A program made the position numbers and the translations under genes. The notes below the pieces were generated by a model that saw only the letters and a list, made by a program, of their open reading frames with translations, searched no databases and was not told the origin of the DNA. Of a DNA stretch of 64,000 nt, positions 28,388 to 38,193 are shown in pieces; position 1 is the stretch's first letter; each line of letters begins with the position of its first letter. Origin of the DNA: an uncultured Pelagibacteraceae bacterium (GTDB lineage Bacteria > Pseudomonadota > Alphaproteobacteria > Pelagibacterales > Pelagibacteraceae); assembly GCA_902557775.1 (NCBI GenBank), contig CACEBD010000002.1, forward strand, positions 10,144-74,143, in the 5' to 3' direction.

Positions 28388-29340
28388 AATTTTATCATCA
28401 TAGATTTATCAATTTTATTTTCAAAAAAATCAATAATATTTTTAGTTGTCTCTATAGCCATCCTTGATGTGCATTCATCAGTAAATGTTGCTGAATGTGG
28501 GCTTAATAAAACTTTATTATTTTTTAATAAAGGATTGTCTAAATTTATCGGCTCATTTACAAAAACATCTAGTGCAGCACCCAAAATAAGATTTTCATTT
28601 AATGCTTTATCTAAATCAATCTCATTAATGATTCCTCCCCTTGCAGTATTAACTACAATAGAATTTTTTTTCATTTCTTTTAAAGTTGAATAATTTATTA
28701 AATTTTTTGTTTCATTTGTTAACGGCATATGCAAGGACACAAAATCAGCAATCTTTAAACCTTCACTTATTGACTTTACTCTTATACCTCCAAAATCTTT
28801 TATAATTTTATCTTCAACATATGGATCATATACATATACTTTAGTATCAAAAGCTAAACATCTTGATATCAATTTTTTTCCAATTCTTCCAAAACCTGCT
28901 ATGAGAATATTTTTGTTTAAAAGTTCTAAAGTTTTTATTTTATTTGCATTTTTCTTAAAATCACCATTACGAACCTCTTTATCATAAGTTGATACAGATT
29001 TAGACAAAGATAAAAACATAGCAATAACATGTTCAGCAACTGCTACTGCATTAGCTGTAGCTGTAACCAATAGAGAAATTTTTTTTTCTTTAAGAAATCT
29101 AATATCAACGTTATCATACCCAACACCATGTCTAGATATAGCTTTTAGTTTCGGACAGTGTTTTAGAATCTTTTCATCTAATCTTGATACTCTTAATGTA
29201 CAAGCATCAAATTTTGGTAATTTTTCTAATAAGTTTTTTTCTGAAACATCTTCAATTAATTCATATTCAAAATCAGGGTGTTTTTCTAATAGGTCGATCC
29301 CATCTTTGTGAATATTTTCAATGATAGCAATTTTATACAT
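28384..29340 (-). CDS. D-isomer-specific 2-hydroxyacid dehydrogenase (SerA-like, no ACT domain)
   Basis: RHGVGYDNVD, GFGRIG, NTARGG, LDVF..EP, SPHSA; start corrected to 29340 because the ORF-track start lies inside the tRNA. Confidence 0.9.
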   Translation of the reverse strand: MYKIAIIENIHKDGIDLLEKHPDFEYELIEDVSEKNLLEKLPKFDACTLRVSRLDEKILKHCPKLKAISRHGVGYDNVDIRFLKEKKISLLVTATANAVAVAEHVIAMFLSLSKSVSTYDKEVRNGDFKKNANKIKTLELLNKNILIAGFGRIGKKLISRCLAFDTKVYVYDPYVEDKIIKDFGGIRVKSISEGLKIADFVSLHMPLTNETKNLINYSTLKEMKKNSIVVNTARGGIINEIDLDKALNENLILGAALDVFVNEPINLDNPLLKNNKVLLSPHSATFTDECTSRMAIETTKNIIDFFENKIDKSMMIKL

Positions 29341-29346
29341 ACAATT

Positions 29347-29421
29347 TGGCGGTCCCAAGGGGAATCGAACCCCTCTTTGTTGGATGAAAACCAACTGTCC
29401 TAACCGATAGACGATGGGACC
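29347..29421 (-). tRNA. tRNA-Glu(TTC)
   Basis: Acceptor GGTCCCA/TGGGACC, anticodon arm GTTGG-TTTTCAT-CCAAC, GGTTCGATTCC, CCA. Confidence 0.97.
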
Positions 29422-31184
29422 GTATTTTTGAGTGTCTTATTAACAGAAATATCATCGATAATAAACTCTACATTTGATTGCCCCTTCCACTCATTTAGGG
29501 ATAATTTTCCAGCAATATTAAATAATTTTTTATCTTTTTTAAGTAAATATGCTCCAATTTCGTTTCCAGCAGAATTAAACGCTATCGTTTTTATGATACT
29601 ACCATCCTGGCCAAGAAGTACCGATTTAATATGCTTATCTTTAATTACTTTACTGTTCATAGTTTTTAGATTTTCAATCACAAATTTAGGCTCTGGGTTA
29701 CCTGAGCCGAAAGGTGCTAAACTATCAATTTTATTAAAAAAATCTAAGTTTAATGCCGCAGGTGAAATTATACTGTCTAAATATAAAGATTTTTCTTTTA
29801 CAAGATTTCCAACACTATTTTTAAATTTCTTTAACACAAATTCTTTAAATTTTTCAATATTATTTACATCGATTGTAAATCCACCAGCCATTTTATGTCC
29901 GCCCCCCTTAATTAGAATTTTTTCTTGTGTTGCTGCAATAATTATAGAGCCAATATCAAACCCTATTATAGATCTAGCAGAAGCTTTACCGAGGCTATTA
30001 TCAACAGTTATTATAATAACTGGTTTATTAAATTTATCTTTCAATCTTGATGCTACTATACCAATCACTCCTTCATGCCAATTTTTTCCACTTACAATTA
30101 TTACAGGGTCAGACCGTGTTTTGTTTGCCTCTATTGTAATTTTATCTAAAACTTCTTCCTCTAAATATTTTCTTTCTTTATTAAATTGATCTAACTCAGA
30201 AGCAATCTTAAAAACTTCTTTGGCATTATTATTAATTAATAAGTTAGCTCCATGTGAAGATTTCCCTACTCTTCCGCCTGCATTTATACGAGGTCCTAAT
30301 ACGTAACCCATATGATAAACATTTGGTTGGGTATTAATACCACAAATATCTATTAAAGTTTTTAAACCTAAATTTTTTTTAGTTTTCAAAACTTTTAACC
30401 CTTGTTTAACTATTGCCCTATTTAGACCTATTAAGGGAACAACATCACAAACTGTACCTAAAGAAACTAGATCTAAGTATTCGATCAAATTTGGCTCTTG
30501 AATTTTTTTTTCTTCAAACCATTTTATAAGTCTTAAGTGCTTATTCAACGAAACAAGAAACATAAATGTTACACCAGCAGCACACAAATAATTTAAATTA
30601 GACTGATCATCTAAACGGTTAGGATTTACAATTGAATGTGCATTTGGGAGATTTATCTCAGATTGATGATGATCAAGAACAATTACATCAATATTTTTTG
30701 ATTTAGCAAATTTTATTGGTTCAAAAGAGAGTGTCCCACAATCTACTGTGAAAATTAAACTGACGCCGCTATCTATAAGTTTTTGAAAAGCATTGTTTGT
30801 TGGTCCATATCCCTCTTTTCTTCTATCAGGTATATAAATTTCAAAAGGTATGTTAATTGAAGAAAAAAAATTTCCCAATAAAGCTGTTGCGGAAGCTCCA
30901 TCAACATCATAATCACCGAAGATACCTATTTTTTCATTATTTTTAATAGCTTCAATTGTTCTCAGAGATGATTTTTTCATATCAATCAAATTCTCAGGAT
31001 TAGGAAGAAAATTCTTAATTGATGGATTTAAAAAACCAACCACTTCTTCATTTTTTATATTTCTTATAGATAATAGTTTAGAAGTAATTTCGTCTAAAGA
31101 AAAATTATCTTTAAGATAAGTTAATTGATTTTCATTAAATTTTTTTAAAATCCAACTTTTATTACTTACAGAAATTGAATTCAT
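29400..31184 (-). CDS. recJ: ssDNA-specific exonuclease RecJ
   Basis: GDYDVDG, EGYG, TVDCG, DHH, PRINAGGR, GGGHKMAGG motifs. Confidence 0.97.
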   Translation of the reverse strand: MNSISVSNKSWILKKFNENQLTYLKDNFSLDEITSKLLSIRNIKNEEVVGFLNPSIKNFLPNPENLIDMKKSSLRTIEAIKNNEKIGIFGDYDVDGASATALLGNFFSSINIPFEIYIPDRRKEGYGPTNNAFQKLIDSGVSLIFTVDCGTLSFEPIKFAKSKNIDVIVLDHHQSEINLPNAHSIVNPNRLDDQSNLNYLCAAGVTFMFLVSLNKHLRLIKWFEEKKIQEPNLIEYLDLVSLGTVCDVVPLIGLNRAIVKQGLKVLKTKKNLGLKTLIDICGINTQPNVYHMGYVLGPRINAGGRVGKSSHGANLLINNNAKEVFKIASELDQFNKERKYLEEEVLDKITIEANKTRSDPVIIVSGKNWHEGVIGIVASRLKDKFNKPVIIITVDNSLGKASARSIIGFDIGSIIIAATQEKILIKGGGHKMAGGFTIDVNNIEKFKEFVLKKFKNSVGNLVKEKSLYLDSIISPAALNLDFFNKIDSLAPFGSGNPEPKFVIENLKTMNSKVIKDKHIKSVLLGQDGSIIKTIAFNSAGNEIGAYLLKKDKKLFNIAGKLSLNEWKGQSNVEFIIDDISVNKTLKNTVPSSIG

Positions 31185-32122
31185 TTATTGTAGATATTTG
31201 TAATAATTTTATTTACTTTTTTGTTTTTATGGAGAACAAATGTATTTACTTCATACTCATTACCAAGATCCTTAACACCTTTCGCTAAATCACCATCTGT
31301 TACACCAGTAGCACAAAAAATTACATCACCTTTTATAATATCATTAATGTTATATTTTTTCTTAAAATCTTTTATACCTAATTTTTTTGCCCTTATTTTT
31401 TCATCATCATTTAACACTAGTCTACCCTGTAATTGACCTCCATAACATGACAATGCAGCCGCTGCTAAGACCCCTTCGGGACCACCACCAGTACTATAAT
31501 AAATATCATTTTTTGGATTTGAACCAATTACACTCAAGACTCCAGCGATATCTCCATCAGTAATAAAATTGATTTTTACATTCAATCTATTCAATTCTTT
31601 AATAATATGATCGTGTCTAGGTCTTTTCATTACACAGGCACTTAAATCAGAAATTTTTTTACCCTTTGCATCTGCTAATAATTTAAAATTTTTTTCAATT
31701 TTAAAATCTAAGTCTAATAAATTTTCAGGTAGATTATTTCCTATAGCAATTTTTTCCATATATGTATCTGGGGCTTTAAGTAAATCTCCTTTATTAGCTA
31801 CAGCAATTACTGAAAATGCATTCGGCTGATTATTAGCTGTAAACTTGGTTCCCTCTAATGGATCCACAGCAATATCAAATTTAGGACCATTTAGAGTTCC
31901 TAATCTTTCGCCAATATATAGCATTGGCGCTTCGTCCATTTCTCCTTCACCAATTACTATCGTTCCTTCCATATTTATTTTATTTAATTCTCTTCTCATA
32001 GGATCTACCGCACCTTTATCGGCACCAATTTTGTCTTTTTTACCAATAAATTTTGAAGCACCTATTGCCGCTTTTTCTGTAGCTTTTACGAACAAATTAA
32101 GAAATTTTGGATCAATTGACAT
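31181..32122 (-). CDS. glpX: Fructose-1,6-bisphosphatase class II
   Basis: VIGEGEMDEAPML, AVDPLEGT, GGPEGV, TGVTDG. Confidence 0.96.
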   Translation of the reverse strand: MSIDPKFLNLFVKATEKAAIGASKFIGKKDKIGADKGAVDPMRRELNKINMEGTIVIGEGEMDEAPMLYIGERLGTLNGPKFDIAVDPLEGTKFTANNQPNAFSVIAVANKGDLLKAPDTYMEKIAIGNNLPENLLDLDFKIEKNFKLLADAKGKKISDLSACVMKRPRHDHIIKELNRLNVKINFITDGDIAGVLSVIGSNPKNDIYYSTGGGPEGVLAAAALSCYGGQLQGRLVLNDDEKIRAKKLGIKDFKKKYNINDIIKGDVIFCATGVTDGDLAKGVKDLGNEYEVNTFVLHKNKKVNKIITNIYNK

Positions 32123-33408
32123 TAATTATCATCAATTCTAATTAATTTAGGTTTTTTTTTAACGTATATTTTTTTTCCAATTATTTTTAAAATTTTATTT
32201 AATGAACTATCTTTAGAATTGTGAGTAATTATAATTATAGAGGAAATTTTTTTATTCTTATTTGGGTTTTGTATAAGTCTTTTTATTGAAACATTATTTT
32301 TTGAGAAGATATTAGTAATATTTGAAAGTACTCCAGATTTATCCAAAACTTCAAACCTTAAATAAGCTGAAAAAGATCTTTTTAAAATATTTTCGAATTT
32401 TAGTCTTTTTCTTTCTTTATTTGAAATTGAAAAAGGAAATTTTATGTTTCCTCTTAAAATAGAAGATATATCAGAAACTAAAGCTGACGTTGTTGCGGCC
32501 GGTCCAGCCCCCTCTCCTTGTATTATGTTTTTACCAACTGGCTTTCCATCAACTATCACTGCATTTAATACTCCGTCAATACTAGCTACATAAGAACTTT
32601 TCTTTATTAGCGCAGGGTGTACACGTTGATATATCTTATTGTTTATTCGTTCTGAGTAACCAAGTAATTTAATTTTATAACCAAGTTTATTAGCATTATT
32701 AATATCAGTTTTATCTATATCTTTTATTCCTTCTACATGAATATTATTATTCAAATATGAGTTAAAACATAAAGAAGTAAGTATTTTTAACTTTGCTGCA
32801 ACATCGTCTCCATTTAAATCTGCTGATGGGTTTGACTCCGCATAACCAAGATTTTTTGCATTATTAAGAACTTCATCAAAATCTTTATTTTGTTTATCCA
32901 TTGATGAAAGAATATAATTAGATGTACCGTTGAATATTCCAAAAATTTTATTTATTTTATTTGCAATTAAACCTTCCTTGATAGATCGAATTATTGGGAC
33001 CCCACCACATACTGCAGCCTCAAATTCTAAATTAACTTTATTTTTTTCTGCAATCTCAGCTAATTTATCGCCATATTTTGCTATAAGGGCTTTATTTGCA
33101 GTTACTACATGCTTTTTATTTTTTAAAGCATTAAAAACCAACTTTTTAGCTGCCCCCTCAGATCCTCCTATTAATTCAATAATAAGATCCACATTTTTAT
33201 CTTTTGTTGCATCTAAATAATTTTTTAACCACAATTTTTTTTTGATTTTTATTTTTCTTTTTCTTTTTTTGTTCTTAGCAGAGACAAATAATATATTTGG
33301 AATACAATTATTTTTTTTAGATAGAATTCTTTTATTCTTATTGAGGTAATTAAAAAGATAACTACCAATGTTACCTAAACCAATTATAGCAATATTTAAT
33401 CTTTTCAT
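32122..33408 (-). CDS. hom: Homoserine dehydrogenase
   Basis: HVVTANK, FEAAVCGGVP, NGTSNYIL, GAGPAAT; C-terminal ACT. Confidence 0.96.
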   Translation of the reverse strand: MKRLNIAIIGLGNIGSYLFNYLNKNKRILSKKNNCIPNILFVSAKNKKRKRKIKIKKKLWLKNYLDATKDKNVDLIIELIGGSEGAAKKLVFNALKNKKHVVTANKALIAKYGDKLAEIAEKNKVNLEFEAAVCGGVPIIRSIKEGLIANKINKIFGIFNGTSNYILSSMDKQNKDFDEVLNNAKNLGYAESNPSADLNGDDVAAKLKILTSLCFNSYLNNNIHVEGIKDIDKTDINNANKLGYKIKLLGYSERINNKIYQRVHPALIKKSSYVASIDGVLNAVIVDGKPVGKNIIQGEGAGPAATTSALVSDISSILRGNIKFPFSISNKERKRLKFENILKRSFSAYLRFEVLDKSGVLSNITNIFSKNNVSIKRLIQNPNKNKKISSIIIITHNSKDSSLNKILKIIGKKIYVKKKPKLIRIDDN

Positions 33409-33409
33409 T

Positions 33410-33976
33410 TTATAATTTTTTCTCTTTAATTGTGATATCAGGATAATCCTTTTTCTTTCCTTGGTTTATCAAATACTTAGATATTTCTTCAATACTACAT
33501 TTTTCAATTATTGTACAAACATCAACACGTTGTATATTTGATTTTTTTGGTTTTTTTACGATTTCTTTTTTTGAAATCTTGTCATTAGGCTTATTTTTTT
33601 TTAACTTTTCAGTAATTGAGTTGTCTTTTTTATATTTTTTTGTAATTTTTTTTCTTTTATTTTTTTCTTTTATTTCTGATTTAATTTTTCTTATTTCATT
33701 TTTAGATAATTCTTTTATTGGCTGAGATGTATTATCTTTTTTTTTTACAAATATTTTTCTTTCATTATTGGTATTATTTAAATTCAATTGCACTAAATCT
33801 ATTTCTTTTTGACTTTTTTTGTTAATAATTTTCACCTCTATAGTCAAATTTTCTTCAAAATATTTGTTTGCTTCAGCTTTATTTATGCAGACATGATCAC
33901 CACAAATTGTTACTGATTTCGGTTTTCCGCAGCTACTTAATATTATTAATAAAGATATTATAAAGATATTCTTCAT
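33410..33976 (-). CDS. Hypothetical lysine-rich lipoprotein
   Basis: Lipobox LSSC; CGDHVC and C...C motifs; operonic overlap with argC. Confidence 0.75.
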   Translation of the reverse strand: MKNIFIISLLIILSSCGKPKSVTICGDHVCINKAEANKYFEENLTIEVKIINKKSQKEIDLVQLNLNNTNNERKIFVKKKDNTSQPIKELSKNEIRKIKSEIKEKNKRKKITKKYKKDNSITEKLKKNKPNDKISKKEIVKKPKKSNIQRVDVCTIIEKCSIEEISKYLINQGKKKDYPDITIKEKKL

Positions 33977-35010
33977 TTTAAACCCATAGACTCGGAGAGG
34001 TTAAACATTAAATTCATATTTTGAACTGCTTGCCCAGAGGCACCTTTGATTAAATTATCAAGAGCCGAAAAAATAATTATTCTATTATTTAAATTTGTTT
34101 GACAAACTGATATTTCACAATTATTTGTGTTTAATACGTTTCCTGAACCTAATTGAGAATTAAGTTTTTTAATCTTAATAAATTTTGAATTTTTGTAAAA
34201 TTTAATTAATTCGTTTCTTATTGCATTTATTGAGACACCTTTTTTCGGTTTAATATAAATGCTTGACAATATCCCCCTAAAAGTTGGAAGCAGGTGAGGA
34301 TTAAAAGTATATTCTATTTTTTTATTTATAACTTTTTCAAATTCTTGATCTATTTCACTCATATGTCTGTGGTGTTTAATTGAATACGCATATGTTGAAC
34401 TATATAAATTTTTGTGCTTAAATTTTTTGTCTAGTTTTTTACCAGCTCCAGAATATCCAGACTTAGAATCAATAGTTATGTCTTTTCTTTGAATTAAATT
34501 TTTTAAAAATAAAGGCATTAATGCTAATTGAACCGAAGTCGCATAACAACCTGGATTTGCAATAATTCTATAATTTTTAATTTTTGTTCTATTAAATTCG
34601 CTAACTGAATAAAGAGAGTTTTTTATCAAATGTTGTGCTTTATGTTTTAATTTATAATTTTCATAATAAGCGCTGATTTTCTTTAATCTGAAATCAGCTG
34701 ATAAATCTATATAATTGAGGTTTTTATATTTTTTAAAAGTTTTGTTTATAATTTTTTGAGACTCACCATTAGGAAGAGATAGGAAAATCACATCCAAAGA
34801 TTTCCAATCTATTTTCTTTATACTGGAAATTCTTGGTAAATTTTTTTTTATTCTTTGATCAAAATAATTGATTTTACTACCTAATTTTTTTGTAGCACAC
34901 AAATATTTGATTATAACTTTAGGATGTTTTGTTAGGAGATATACAAGTTCTAATCCTGTATATCCTGTTGCACCTATTACACCTACTCTTAATTTATTTT
35001 CTTTAGACAT
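33973..35010 (-). CDS. argC: N-acetyl-gamma-glutamyl-phosphate reductase
   Basis: GATGYTG, DLSADFR, ANPGCY, DNLIKGASGQA. Confidence 0.97.
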   Translation of the reverse strand: MSKENKLRVGVIGATGYTGLELVYLLTKHPKVIIKYLCATKKLGSKINYFDQRIKKNLPRISSIKKIDWKSLDVIFLSLPNGESQKIINKTFKKYKNLNYIDLSADFRLKKISAYYENYKLKHKAQHLIKNSLYSVSEFNRTKIKNYRIIANPGCYATSVQLALMPLFLKNLIQRKDITIDSKSGYSGAGKKLDKKFKHKNLYSSTYAYSIKHHRHMSEIDQEFEKVINKKIEYTFNPHLLPTFRGILSSIYIKPKKGVSINAIRNELIKFYKNSKFIKIKKLNSQLGSGNVLNTNNCEISVCQTNLNNRIIIFSALDNLIKGASGQAVQNMNLMFNLSESMGLK

Positions 35011-35053
35011 AATGACTTATATCATTGTCTGTAAAATAATTAAAATTAAATGA

Positions 35054-35494
35054 TTATCTTTTTGAAAACTGGAAGCTTCTTCTTGCTTTTCTGTGACCGT
35101 ATTTTTTTCTTTCTACAACTCTTGAGTCTCGAGTAGTTAATTTATCTTTTTTTAAACCTTTTTTTAGGTTTTCATCATGAGCAATAAGGGCTTTTGAAAT
35201 ACCTAAAATAATAGCACCAGCTTGCCCAGATAAACCACCACCTTTAACTGAACATTTAACATCATAGTTAGAAGTAACTTGAGATATTTCTAAAGGACGA
35301 GTTACTATTATTTGATGAACTGGTCTTTTAAAATATTCATTCATTTTTAAACCATTTACATATATTGAGCCACTTCCTTTTTTTATCCATACTTTTGCAA
35401 TAGATCTCTTTCTTCGACCTGTAGCATATTTGCTATCTTTAAAATCTAATTTCAATTTTTTTATTTTATTTTGAGAAGTGTCAGAGGTTTGCAT
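35054..35494 (-). CDS. rpsI: 30S ribosomal protein S9
   Basis: [21 protein letters not shown]. Confidence 0.98.
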   Translation of the reverse strand: MQTSDTSQNKIKKLKLDFKDSKYATGRRKRSIAKVWIKKGSGSIYVNGLKMNEYFKRPVHQIIVTRPLEISQVTSNYDVKCSVKGGGLSGQAGAIILGISKALIAHDENLKKGLKKDKLTTRDSRVVERKKYGHRKARRSFQFSKR

Positions 35495-35952
35495 TATTTT
35501 ACTGTATTTTGTCTATTTAATTTTTCGAAATTAATGACTTTTGGTTTTTGAATTTCATGAGGATGCTTTTCCCCGTTGTAAATTTTTAATTTAGTAAGTT
35601 GTTTTTTTGCTAATGGTCCTCCTGGCAACATTCTTTTAACAGCTAGTTTTAGTATTTCTTGGGTTTGATTTTTTTCTTTAAGTCTTAAAGGTGTTATCTC
35701 TTTAATTCCACCTGGGTGACCCGTGTGTTTATAATATTTTTTTTCTTTAAATTTTTTCCCTGAAAACTTAATCTTTTCTATGTTTGTGACTACAACGAAA
35801 TCACCATTATCAATATGTGGATTGAAAGTTGGTTTGTTCTTCCCTCTTAAAACTTTTGATATAAAAGCTGCTAATCGGCCCACTGCTATGTTCTGAGCAT
35901 CTATCAAATACCAGTCTTTTTTTACTTCTTTTTTTTTGATAAAAGGTGTCAT
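35494..35952 (-). CDS. rplM: 50S ribosomal protein L13
   Basis: [29 protein letters not shown]; start at ATG 35952. Confidence 0.97.
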   Translation of the reverse strand: MTPFIKKKEVKKDWYLIDAQNIAVGRLAAFISKVLRGKNKPTFNPHIDNGDFVVVTNIEKIKFSGKKFKEKKYYKHTGHPGGIKEITPLRLKEKNQTQEILKLAVKRMLPGGPLAKKQLTKLKIYNGEKHPHEIQKPKVINFEKLNRQNTVK

Positions 35953-35964
35953 ATTAATTGGCGA

Positions 35965-35993
35965 TAGATACAAATATTAATAAGTTATGTCAA
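35965..35993 (-). promoter_or_regulatory. Putative rplM promoter
   Basis: TTGACA-N17-TATCTA on the minus strand, 12 bp before the rplM ATG. Confidence 0.55.
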
Positions 35994-35994
35994 T

Positions 35995-37038
35995 TTATTT
36001 AATATAATTATAATACATGTTAATTAAGCTTAATACCAACAAGACACTAGTTATTTGGTGAGCTGAGGCTAAATAGATATTAAGATTACTTACGAGCGTT
36101 GTTACACCTAAGAAAATTTGAATTATTAAAAAAAAGTTGACTAGAAAAATTGGTGTAAAAGACACTTCGGTTTCTGATTTTAAAATTATAAATGTCAAAA
36201 CTAAGATATATATTGATATTAAGTAAGCTAAATTCCTATGATAAAATTGCACAAGAGAATGATTTTCAAAATTAATTAGGTTTTTCAAATCTTCAAAAGA
36301 TAAATCATTTGGAATATAATTTGAGCCCATCAATGGCCAAGTTTGATAAATCTTTCCAGCATCTAAACCAGACACAAATGCACCAAAAATAATTTGAGTA
36401 AAGACTAAGAATAAGAGAATTAAAATTGGAAAGTTTTGACGCTTTAATGAAAAAAAGCTTTTATGAGTATTATTTTTTTTGTTTAAAAACACCCAAAAAA
36501 TAATAGATATTATAATCAAAGCAAGACTAAGGTGTAAAGACAGTCTATAATGGCTAACAGTCACATTGTTGATTAAACCACTTTTTACCATAAACCATCC
36601 AATTATTCCCTGTGAAACTATTAATCCAAAAATTATTAAACACGGATTCAAATATTTCTTTTCAATTTTTTTAAAAAAATAAAAATATACAAGAGGGATT
36701 AAAAAAAATAATCCAATCATTCTTGCAATTAACCTATGAATGTACTCCCAGTAGAATATAATCTTAAATTCATTCAAATTCATTTGTGAATTAAGAAGTT
36801 CATACTGTGGTATAGTTTTATAAGACGCAAAATATTGCTCCCAATCAGACTCGCTTAATGGTGGAATAATTCCTTTAAATAATTCCCATTCTATTATTGA
36901 TAATCCTGAATTAGTTAATCTTGTTAAACCGCCAATAACAATTGTTGTAAAAACAAGAATTAGACTAACTAAAAGCCAGTAAGAAAAGATATCATTTAAT
37001 TTTTTGTCGTTATAAATCATAAGTTTTAATATATACAT
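35995..37038 (-). CDS. ctaA: Heme A synthase (COX15/CtaA)
   Basis: GGLTRLTNSGLSI, WEYIHR, SHYRLSLHL, HRN, HQ; start may be 37020. Confidence 0.93.
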   Translation of the reverse strand: MYILKLMIYNDKKLNDIFSYWLLVSLILVFTTIVIGGLTRLTNSGLSIIEWELFKGIIPPLSESDWEQYFASYKTIPQYELLNSQMNLNEFKIIFYWEYIHRLIARMIGLFFLIPLVYFYFFKKIEKKYLNPCLIIFGLIVSQGIIGWFMVKSGLINNVTVSHYRLSLHLSLALIIISIIFWVFLNKKNNTHKSFFSLKRQNFPILILLFLVFTQIIFGAFVSGLDAGKIYQTWPLMGSNYIPNDLSFEDLKNLINFENHSLVQFYHRNLAYLISIYILVLTFIILKSETEVSFTPIFLVNFFLIIQIFLGVTTLVSNLNIYLASAHQITSVLLVLSLINMYYNYIK

Positions 37039-37071
37039 ATTTGATAGAACTAAATATTTTATAATGTCGCT

Positions 37072-37353
37072 ATGAATAAAAAGAATATACTTAAAATTAG
37101 AAACAAATTGGATAAATTAGACAATTCACTCCTGAAGATAATTAAAAAAAGAACTTTATTAGTTGACAAAGTAATCAAAAATAAAAAGTTCAAAAAGGAT
37201 ATTGTTGATCAAAAAAGAATAAAAATAATTCTTAAGAATATTCGTAAAAAATCTATAATAAAAAAAATTGATCCAAAAATCACTAATAAGATATGGAAAT
37301 CAATGATTAAAGCTTATATTGAATATGAATACAGAAATTTTAAAAAAAGATAA
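37072..37353 (+). CDS. Chorismate mutase (AroQ type II)
   Basis: IRNKLDKLD...KKR...K...IVDQKR pattern. Confidence 0.8.
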   Translation: MNKKNILKIRNKLDKLDNSLLKIIKKRTLLVDKVIKNKKFKKDIVDQKRIKIILKNIRKKSIIKKIDPKITNKIWKSMIKAYIEYEYRNFKKR

Positions 37354-37354
37354 T

Positions 37355-37546
37355 TTATTTACTATGAGGTGGTAATTTTTTTTCAACAAAAAACTCATGT
37401 TTTCTTGTGTTTGGATTATATTTTTTCAATTTTAATTTATCTTTAGCTTTTTCCCCTTTTGTAGGTTTCTTTGCATAATAAATAAACTTACTATCAGGAT
37501 TACTTTCAGGAACCATACGAACTTTAATATGAGTTTTTTTTGCCAT
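37355..37546 (-). CDS. rpmG: 50S ribosomal protein L33
   Basis: KLKLKKYNPNTRKHEFFVEKK. Confidence 0.93.
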   Translation of the reverse strand: MAKKTHIKVRMVPESNPDSKFIYYAKKPTKGEKAKDKLKLKKYNPNTRKHEFFVEKKLPPHSK

Positions 37547-37904
37547 AATTTTTAATTTTTTTTAATTTATCTAAAATTTTTTTACTTTGGTTAATTATAT
37601 TTTTTTTATGATAATCTGCATTTAAACTATGCAAATGATAATCGTCAAGGTTATTTATCTTAGAATTTAAAATTTTTTTTACACCTTTTATCGTCAAACC
37701 TTTATTTTTGAGTAGAAAATGAATAAGTTTTACAATTTTTACTTGGTTAGATGAATAATATCTTCTCTTATTTATTATTTTAGGTTTAATTTGTTTAAAT
37801 TCTTTCTCCCAATATCTCAATATATAATTTAATGGTTTTTTATTTTTAGGATCAATTAAATTTAAAGATTTTGACAAATCACCTATTGTAACTAGCTTTT
37901 CCAC
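37524..37904 (-). CDS. MerR family transcriptional regulator
   Basis: TIGDLS, LRYWEKEF, RRYY, GLTIKGV; follows ihfA as in alphaproteobacteria. Confidence 0.88.
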   Translation of the reverse strand: MEKLVTIGDLSKSLNLIDPKNKKPLNYILRYWEKEFKQIKPKIINKRRYYSSNQVKIVKLIHFLLKNKGLTIKGVKKILNSKINNLDDYHLHSLNADYHKKNIINQSKKILDKLKKIKNYGKKNSY

Positions 37905-37905
37905 A

Positions 37906-38193
37906 TCAATTATTTATTTTATCGTTTAATGATTTTGAAGGTATAAAACTAACTGAATTTCTTGAAAAAATTGGAAAATTTTCTTTTGTTTTTGGGTTTC
38001 GGCCAATTCTCTCATTTTTTTTTATTAATCTAAAAGTTCCTACATTTTTTAATGACAAATTATTTTTTTTAATATTATCAACTAGAATATCAATAAGACA
38101 ATCAATTAAACTCATGCATACTTTATTTGAAAAACCAATTTTTTTACTTAAAAATTTTGATATCTCTAACTTAGTTAAATTCTTTTTATTCAC
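37906..38193 (-). CDS. ihfA: Integration host factor alpha
   Basis: GTF...ERIGRNPKT...VSFIPS; plsX-ihfA-merR synteny. Confidence 0.85.
   Translation of the reverse strand: MNKKNLTKLEISKFLSKKIGFSNKVCMSLIDCLIDILVDNIKKNNLSLKNVGTFRLIKKNERIGRNPKTKENFPIFSRNSVSFIPSKSLNDKINN

Noticed and set aside
12557-29421. Integrative element or prophage bounded by the recombinase and tRNA-Glu (or tRNA-Pro)
   Set aside because: No duplicated tRNA 3' end (att) seen, no phage or conjugation genes, the recombinase is not adjacent to a tRNA, and composition looks like the host
29428-30189. 253-aa antisense ORF over recJ, and other shadow ORFs (e.g. 38418-38933, 56725-57162, 18361-18915, 1688-1927)
   Set aside because: They overlap well-supported genes and show Ser/Phe/Leu/Ile-rich mirror composition with no motifs
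35968-35995. dif-like XerD arm TTATGTCAATT
   Set aside because: No matching XerC arm (no CATAA 6 bp away); better explained as the TTGACA -35 box of the rplM promoter on the minus strand
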